A DNA stretch of 64,000 nucleotides, from assembly GCA_951406725.2 (NCBI GenBank), contig OX597831.1:21204001-21268000 (forward strand), given 5' to 3'. The translations under genes and the position numbers were made by a program. Under the pieces are notes generated by a model. It searched no databases, was not told where the DNA came from, and saw nothing but the letters and a program-made list of their open reading frames with translations. This stretch comes from Octopus vulgaris. Its lineage: Eukaryota. Below, one piece after another: positions 55,690 to 64,000 of this stretch. The number at the start of each line of letters is the position of its first letter. The first letter of the stretch is position 1.

Positions 55690-55925
55690 TATTTACCGAT
55701 GCGTTTGTACATAGGGTAAATGTGTTTAAAATATGCGGCTTCTTTGGTGTGTTTGATCCCAAATAACACTTATTTTAAGTGCTGCTGACACCGTCGGATT
55801 GAAAGGTACTGCTCAGGTGTCGAAACAATAATGATATCCGTGGGACAGCTGATGATGGAGGTATGTTGAATTCTCAGTATGGCTGTTTTTGTATATGTGG
55901 AATAGTATTATAACACATCCTTTTG
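55690..55925 (+). mobile_element. Solo 3' end of the same Penelope-like family
   Basis: Aligns by eye with 62440-62610: ACACTTATTT..GACACC..GGTGTCGAAA..TATCCGTGGG..CTGATGA..GTATGGCTGTT..ATAACACATCC. Confidence 0.7.
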
Positions 55926-56175
55926 ACTTCACCTTACTTCATAAATGAAAAATCTAAGTAGTATAGATCAGTGAAACATATCTGATGTATTTGCCAAGCG
56001 TGAACGAAATTGGATGAAGAATTTTGATTTTACATGGGATCAAGTAATCGTCGACCACACACACAGACACCTGTTTTTATATATTATATGTATATATTCA
56101 TATTTGCATACACATATATATATATATATAAATCTCTCTCTCTCTCTCTCTCTCGCTATATATATGTGTGTATAT

Positions 56176-56216
<41 letters not shown>

Positions 56217-56244
56217 TCTATATATGTATGTGTGTACATGCATG

Positions 56245-56275
<31 letters not shown>

Positions 56276-57464
56276 GCATGTATATATATGTATGTATACA
56301 TATATCTATATATGCATATACATAAGTATATATATATTTTTTTTTTCTAATATTTCATATATATTATATTGTGTGGAATTTGACTTAGTTTTTCTAATTT
56401 GAATTCTTTTTCCTTGTAAGTTTGGATTTTCTTCCCTCAAATAATAATTATATATATATATAGAGCTATGTGTGCGGTGTGTGTAATATGAAAACAGGTG
56501 TGTGGTTGTTTGTGAGTGTAGTGTAATTCTGTGTGTATATGTGTGTGTGTGTGCTTGTATGCGTGTTTGGGTGCGTGCACTTGCGTTAGTGCGTTCAGAA
56601 CTACCTTTATTATATGCGCACACAATATATCATGAGAGGTAACCTATATCTGACCTCAGTCGAGTCCCGCCAACTTAGAGATAAACACACGAACAATAGA
56701 CGTTAAGAACCTCTAAATGCCAGTACAAGTTATGATTTCTCGAGGAAGAAACCCTACATATGTACAATTAATACATTACACACACACACACACACACACA
56801 CGCGTAATGTATATATATATATAATATATATATATATGTAATATAAATACATTGCAAAATGGAAACAATTGGCATTTCAGCTGCAAAGCACGACCATTGT
56901 ACAATCGAACAATAGGTTATTCTATCTATCTTCAATCTTTAACGATAATTATCCCACTTTAGTGTTAATTCTTCAGATATCTTCCATATTGTGAATAAAC
57001 ATCCTCACAGCTAAATCTTGCTAGCAAAATATCCAATTTTCCAATCATTAGTTTTTACCGTCATGTTTAATTATGGATTCCCGCTGCTGTCCTCATGGGA
57101 ATCTTATGTTCATTTATCATGAATAAGCTGTCTTCAGAAAAAAAAGAAAGAGAGAGAGAGAGAAATAGAAAGTGAGAAGAAAAAAAGGGGGGAAAAAAAT
57201 CTATGTAAAGTTATATATTTCTCGTCATATTTATCAAATGATCGCACTTTGAATTATAATTCTTGCACAGTTGTTTCAGGCAGAGTATATAAAGTGTATA
57301 TATAGAGAGTGTTATAAGAATATCACATCGCCTAAAGATTACAGGCGGGGGAAATGAGAGTTGTACTTTACCGAAGCACAGGTCTATCGCGAGCGCGCAT
57401 ACACATCGCGGGCGCATACTCACACACGTACACAAATACACAAACGAAACATTACACGAATATC

Positions 57465-57595
<131 letters not shown>

Positions 57596-57897
57596 TAGTA
57601 GGAGCAAAATAGAGGGTGTGGGAGAGAGAGAAAAAGACATAGAAATACAGAAAAAGAAGAACATTTATTAAATGGTTTGGAGGATGTTATTTAGAGGTAT
57701 TTTAAGGAATAGCAATAGATTATTTCGTGAGAATTTGGCGAATTAATCGGTGTGTAAAACGTAGTATAAAACACTTTTGGCTGCGTTACTAGTTTTCACC
57801 AAACAACATTGTCAGCTCAACTCCCAGATTATAACTTAATGTATATATATATATGTGTGTGCGTGTGTGTGTGTATGTGTGTGTATGTGTGTGTATG

Positions 57898-57948
<51 letters not shown>

Positions 57949-58864
57949 ATACATAATATATATATACATATATATATACACACACACACACACACATATA
58001 TGTATACACACCCACACACATATATGTATACATACACACACATATATATGTATATCGATATATATATATATGTATATATCGATACTTATATATGTCCTAT
58101 GTATAAATGTATATGATAAAGCGATGCATATATGTATCTAAGTATGCATGTATACATACATATAATTATATACATATATCTGTACATATGTATGTGTATG
58201 TGAGTGTGTGTGTGTGAGCGTACGTGTGTGCGTGTGTAAATAGAAACTCTTTTTAATAGTGGTACTTGAAGCAGATTAAGCAATGAATAACACCGAGGGA
58301 ATATTGGTTTTAAAAACCCTGGATGCTAAAAAGATCGGCTTTTAACGTTTCCTATTCAAGGGAAAACTTTTAGATCCAATATTTTGCTTGCTATTAATTA
58401 TCGCTATACTTACTTCGAGATCCACCGTTTAAAGCGATTTATGGAATATCTCTCGAGGTTTACGAACCTCTTTATGATGTAAGCAATAAGTAAATATTTG
58501 TATTTATGAATGTTTACATAAATATATGTATTTACGAGGTAGTGCAGAAATGTTGCTAGCTTTAAGGGTTTCGTGAAAGGCCTCGTTGGAGGTTCACGTT
58601 TCCGAGTTCTTTTACAGGAGGCAGAAAAACTGACGGACCGCTGCAATGAGTGTTTGAATCTTTTGAATATAATCATAATTAATTGATTCTCATGTATTTT
58701 TCTTTACCCGAAGCCAGAAACTTTTTCCGCACCATCTCGGATGAATGCAGAGGCAGCGATCTGGGAGGATCTTTAGCACACCGGGCAAAATGTTTAGCGG
58801 CACTTCGCCCTTCAAGTTTTCACCAAACACCATTCTCAGCTCAACTCACAGAATTTAACTTAAG

Positions 58865-58899
<35 letters not shown>

Positions 58900-58912
58900 G
58901 TGTGTGTGTGTG

Positions 58913-58963
<51 letters not shown>

Positions 58964-58979
58964 GTGTATGTATGCTGCT

Positions 58980-59310
58980 GAGACCCCCTTCTGTCCTGAC
59001 TGACGGTGGGATTGCACCTAGAAAGTTACCCTCATAGGTAGCAGTCCGGGTAAGGTTGTTTATGGAAGGCCAGCAGTCGCCCATGCATTCCGGCCTCTCC
59101 TCTCCATACCATTGATATTATCCAAGGGAAAGGCAACAGCCGATAGAACTTAGCACCTGTGACGTCGCAACTCATTTCTACAGCTGAGTGAACTGATTGC
59201 CTTTCGTCCATTCGGGGTCGATAAAATAATTGCCAGTTGAACACTGGTATCTATGTCATCGACTAACCTCCTCCTACGAACTTACTAGTCTTGTTCCAAA
59301 ACTGGAAACC
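58980..59310. mobile_element. SINE-like fragment (minus, 58980-59196) fused to a family B core fragment (plus, 59197-59310)
   Basis: A GC-richer repeat-like block ending CAGCTGAGTGAACTG, followed by GCCTTTCGTCCATTCGGGGTCGATAAAAT. Confidence 0.5.
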
Positions 59311-59777
59311 AATATATGAATGCATGTTTGTATGAATGGATGGATGTAAGTGCGTACATATGTTTGCATACACGTATTCCCTCACTGTATACATTATGTT
59401 TTCGTTATGTTAGCAGAAGTGGTTGATTAGGCAAAAAACATTTCCAACTCAAATGAAAAAGCTTCATAACAGTGTTTCACTTTATATATACGGTAGATAT
59501 TCATTAACATGTAACACCTGAAATATCATAATTATAATCAGAAATTACACATAATCATTATAAGTATGCTCCTCTAAATATTTATTAAGAATTCTCGTCA
59601 ATTCTCTCTTTAATTTCCTGAAAAATACTATTTTTGCTATAATTGCAAAATATTTAATCATATTATTGCTATAAAAACACATTTGCTTATGGGTATTTTG
59701 AATTCAATTTTCAGTTTTAATTTCATCTGAAAAAAATGTGTTTTATGTTATATTTTTATTTTTCGGAAAGCGAATCA

Positions 59778-59987
59778 AGCAGGTGTGTTGCTAAGAAGCT
59801 TCTCTTAAAATGACAAGTTTCATGCTCAGTCCCACGGCACAGCCCCACGCACAAAATTGCTGTACTGTATATAGTCCCGGGTCCTTGTGAGTGAAATTCT
59901 AGACGGAAACTGATTCTACGCCCGTCGTGTTTATATATACTCATATACTTATATTTGTATGTATATACTGAATGTACACATATAGTC

Positions 59988-60023
<36 letters not shown>

Positions 60024-60224
60024 GTGCAGGAGTGACTATAGAGGTAGAAATGGCCATAGGTGCAAGAGTGGCTGTATGGTAAGAAGCTTACCTCCCACCC
60101 ACATTCTTCCGGGTTCAGTACCACTGCATGGTACCTTGTACAAGTGTCGTCTACTGTAGCTTCGCGCCAGCCAAAGCTTTGGGAGTGGATTTGGCTGACG
60201 AAAACTGAAAGAATCCCGTCGTAT

Positions 60225-60225
<1 letters not shown>
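59778..60225 (+). mobile_element. Two diverged SINE family A 5' halves (59778-59930 and 60057-60225)
   Basis: Head motifs and GACG(G/A)AAACTGA occur in both. Confidence 0.6.
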
Positions 60226-60263
<38 letters not shown>

Positions 60264-60364
60264 GTGTAATAAATAAATAAAATATATGCATACATACATA
60301 CATACATATATGTACGTACCTACATCTACATGTATATATACATGCATATATAAATATATATACG

Positions 60365-60515
60365 TGAGTACAGGACACCACAACTAGACGTAGAACTCGA
60401 CGAGAAACGAAAACGGAAAAACAAGTGTGGAACAAACCATTTTTTTACAACAGAAAAACAGAGTACAAGACAAACTACACAAGGAAAAATCCCCTTCATC
60501 AGTTGTCCCTAGTTC
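60365..60515 (-). mobile_element. Short repeat fragment with GGGACAACTGATGAAGGGG, related to the PLE 3' motif
   Basis: Minus-strand GGGACAACTGATGA resembles GGGACAGCTGATGA at 55842-55855. It abuts the 5' end of the RT remnant in inverted orientation. Confidence 0.35.
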
Positions 60516-60544
60516 ATATATAACAGTATGGAATTTCGTAGTAA

Positions 60545-61780
60545 TTTTTAAAAATATCATATTATGGTCGAAGGCGAAGAGTTAGGAGGAGGTAAGGAAT
60601 TTAAGTTTATAGGTAAGAACACATACAAAGTTATATAGGAAAACGTTAATGAGATAGTTAATAGACTTATACCTACAGTAGAAAGATTTAGTGGTTTAGA
60701 AGTGGAAAGAAAGGATTAAAATATCCCTAAACTTTTTTGGCTTCCTAAACTGCATAAAGCTAATAATTGTACAACTAAACAGCTATCTATATTGGTTAAT
60801 GATGCTTTAAAAGTAGTCAGAACATATATAAAAAATATTGTGATAACATTTGTAACAGTTCGGGAATTAATTATTTTTGGAATATTATATCAAGTAAGGA
60901 ATTTCTGGATAGACTGATTAAATGCAAGGAGGTTAAGACTATGTACGTGTACGATTTTTCGACGCTATTTACAAATTTAATATTTAAACGTGTAGAAGGT
61001 ATTTTTAGTATATTAGATATTATAATTAATAAAAGATATAAATACATATCATTAAAAAATGGTAAAGGATTCTCGTCTAATTCTTATTATAAAGGATATT
61101 GTAATATAAATAAGAGAACGATGAAAGAGAAGGTTAGTTTTATAATTAATAAATTGTTTGTAGTGGGTTGGGTGTTTGAGCAGTTTAGAGGAATTCCAAT
61201 GGGTGGCAATTGTAGTCCTCTATTGGCGGACCTTTATCTTCCTTCATCCGACTTACTTTTTCTTAAAGACATACGTGCGAGGAAAAAGCTTGGTTTGCTT
61301 AATCAACTTAATGGATGCTGCAGATACGTAGATGATATATTTATACCTAATTATGGTTACTTTCAAATTTTACCTATAAAAATATACACTAGTGAGCTTA
61401 AGGCCACCAGAAATCGTAATAATATAAAGGATATTGATTATGTAGATGTCAATTTAGCAATTAAGGATAATAATGAGATATGTACTGACGTTTATCATAA
61501 GACAGAATATTTTGGCTCCCAAGTAGCTTCAATGCCATGGTTCAGTAGTAGAATTCGTTCTTTTATAGGTTATGGTGTTTTTTCAGGCCAGATTATCAGT
61601 TATGGTACTATTATAAATAATACTAATAGCTTTTTGGAAACTGTTAAGACATTCAGTAAAACAAGAGTATATACATGGTAAATTAGTTAAAACGCTTAAT
61701 AGCTCTGTAGGTGGGAGACTGGAAATTTTAAGTAGACATGGTGTAATATCTAGCTTTCAACTTAGTATATATTTGTAAAC
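60545..61780 (+). pseudogene. Decayed Penelope-like element reverse transcriptase (Naiad-like; no C-terminal GIY-YIG visible)
   Basis: Upstream frames give IPKLFWLPKLHK, CTTKQLS and SGINYFW with stops and a frameshift. ORF 60941-61681 has YDFSTLFT, GIPMGGNCSPLLADLYL, CRYVDDIF and YGVFSGQII. This is a PLE-type RT core; the clade assignment is from memory. Confidence 0.8.
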
Positions 61781-62610
61781 GTCTGGACTGTTTACAAGTC
61801 ACTCTAATTGCATACTACGTCACCAAAATTGTTAACAACAATTGAGAAAGTAGTGAATTATGCACTAGACAGCCTTTTGAGAATATTGTTAACTGAACCG
61901 CGTGTGTCCAGATATCATGTAACTGGTAATACTTTATATTTCATATTATCTTTTAAACAGTTATATATTTTGCTTTAATCGTAACAAGGTTTTTATAATA
62001 ATTGCTAATTACAGGTATTCTTTTATTAGTTCGTATTCATAATGATATTTTAGTATTATTTATTAAATTACTGTTATGGGTTTAAAATTGAAGCAGGTAA
62101 GGATAACCAATTTTTTAATACGTATACAGCGTTTTAATTATCAACTTTTGGATTATGAAATAGTGTAATTCACTCAGAATTAGTTATATTATTAGATAAG
62201 TTCAATCGAGTTTGTTTTTATTTTGGAAAGAAAACAATATAAAAGCTTTCACTTCTATATTAATAACCATGGAAGACTAGGTTGCTAGTTAGATAATTTA
62301 GGTGTTAGTTATAGGTTTACTTATTAAATTTATTTACCTATAATATTTTTGAAAAATAGGGTAAATGTATTTCTTTGTTGTAGATTAATTAATAACGTTA
62401 GTGCGTTATCCTTCTTTGAATTAAGATTGAGTGAATGTGATGATATCTAAAGTGTGTTTGTTCCCAGACAACACTTATTTCAGTGCTGTAGACACCAGCG
62501 GATTGAGTGGTATTGCCCAGGTGTCGAAATCATAGTGATATCCGTGGGGCATCTGATGACGGAGGATTATTGGATTGTTGGTATGGCTGTTATTGTATGT
62601 GCAGAATAAT
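61781..62610 (+). mobile_element. AT-rich 3' region and terminus of the Penelope-like element
   Basis: Follows the RT directly and ends at ATAACACATCCATTT next to (TA)n. Its last ~170 bp also occur at about 55745-55925. Confidence 0.6.
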
Positions 62611-62698
62611 TTTATAACACATCCATTTGATATATATATATATATAGATAGATGAAAGAATGGAGTTATCCATAATAAGATAATTCATTCAACTACTC

Positions 62699-62738
<40 letters not shown>

Positions 62739-63474
62739 ATATATATATGTATGTTTTAGCCCCTTGTGCGTAGTAAAGAAATATATATGTATGTATGTAT
62801 TTATGTATGTGTATTTGTGCATATATAAGTATAGGCACATACGTGGGCACACGCACAAACACACACACATACACACATACACACATACACATATATATGT
62901 GGATATAGCGTGTGCTTGTTTGTGTGTGTATGTGTGTCTTTATTCAAGAAAATCCCATATCAATAGCATGAAACTACTACAAGACAAACAACAAAAATGA
63001 CAAAGAAAAAAATAATCAATAAAACAGCCAAGAAAACGTAAAAGACGCCAAAACAAAACAACATCCTTCTCACAGACACAGTATCATAGCATAATGTCTG
63101 CGATGGAATATATTTTGGTAATGGTGACATTTGGCGTTAATTCTCTCTCCAAAAGTCATACTGCTTCATTGCACACACCATATGCCAACGACAAGAACAG
63201 CTGTTGTGTGGAGAATGAAATGTTAACTGGTGTCATGGAAATATTACAGCATTTCTTGATTTCTGCTTCACAATGCTCAATTGATTTTCGAAATTCTTTG
63301 GATTTCTTTTATATTCTTTGGTATTTCGACGTATTTTAGTTGATTTTCCTGAGACACTATTTTTGTTGTAGTTAAGAGATATTTTCTGATAGTTAGAGTA
63401 TCCGCCTTGCCGATCACGTATTTTACGGAGACAGAAACAAGAGATCGTATTTCTTGTAGAAATTGGTAAACAGA

Positions 63475-63881
63475 CGCAGGAGTGGCTGTGTGGTAAGTAG
63501 CTTGCTAACCAGTCACATGGTTCCGGGTTCAGTTCCACTGCGTGGCATCTTGGGCAAATGTCTTCTGCTATAGCCCCGGGCCGACCAATACCTTGTGAGT
63601 GGATTTGGTAGACGGAAACTGAAAGAAGCCTGTCGTATATATATGTATATATATATGTATGTGTGTGTGTGTGTCTGTGTTTGTCCCCCTAGCATTGCCT
63701 GACAACCGATGCTGGTGTGTTTACGTCCCCGTCACTTAGCGGTTCGGCAAAAGAGACCGATAGAATAAGTACTGGGCTTACAAAGAATAAGTTCCGGGGT
63801 AGATTTGCTCGACTAAAGGCGGTGCTCCAGCATGGCCGCAGTCAAATGACTGAAACAAGTAACAGAGTAAAGAGTAAAGAG
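63475..63881 (+). mobile_element. Full-length tRNA-derived SINE (family A) with an internal TA/TG microsatellite
   Basis: GCAGGAGTGGCTGTGTGGTAAG..GGTTCCGGGTTCAGT..GAAAGAAGCC-(TA/TG)n-..GGTGCTCCAGCATGGCC..GAAACAAGTAA..AAAGAG tail. Many copies in the window. Confidence 0.9.
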
Positions 63882-64000
63882 AGTGTGCTTTCAGGGAGAT
63901 TTCGCTGATGTACTGTTCTTAACAAGTACAGCCATAGCATATAACCCCGTTTCTCGCACAAGACTCTTTCAACTTCTCAAGCGACAACTTGGGCGTTCAT

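Noticed and set aside
62550-62600. Possible SECIS element (ATGA) at the PLE 3' end
   Set aside because: I could not find the apical AA and the matching GA quartet stem by eye. The stops seen in the RT remnant are TAG/TAA, not TGA.

Overview
This is AT-rich eukaryotic DNA saturated with microsatellites: (TA)n, (CA)n, (ATAC)n, (ATCT)n and (AAT)n. The repeat landscape and SINE families point to a coleoid cephalopod, most likely Octopus (inference). There is one credible host gene, an intronless-CDS class A aminergic GPCR resembling beta-type octopamine receptors (28136-29293, minus strand). It sits in a roughly 8 kb transposon-poor zone and has a strong splice acceptor in its 5' UTR. The rest is mobile-element debris: three to four tRNA-derived SINE families (two copies with 12-bp TSDs), two deleted Tc1/mariner copies, three R4/Dong-like LINE fragments in (AAT)n tracts, Helitron/HINE-type and MITE elements, and a decayed Penelope-like reverse transcriptase (60545-61780). 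The most notable unannotated signal is about 12 minimal type-I hammerhead ribozyme motifs from at least six unrelated short elements, most of them in or next to (TA)n. Each has a family-specific palindromic helix III, and two carry the compensatory U3-A8 core variant. Nearly all other ORFs in the track are microsatellite read-through. All structures were parsed by eye; no folding or database search was run.
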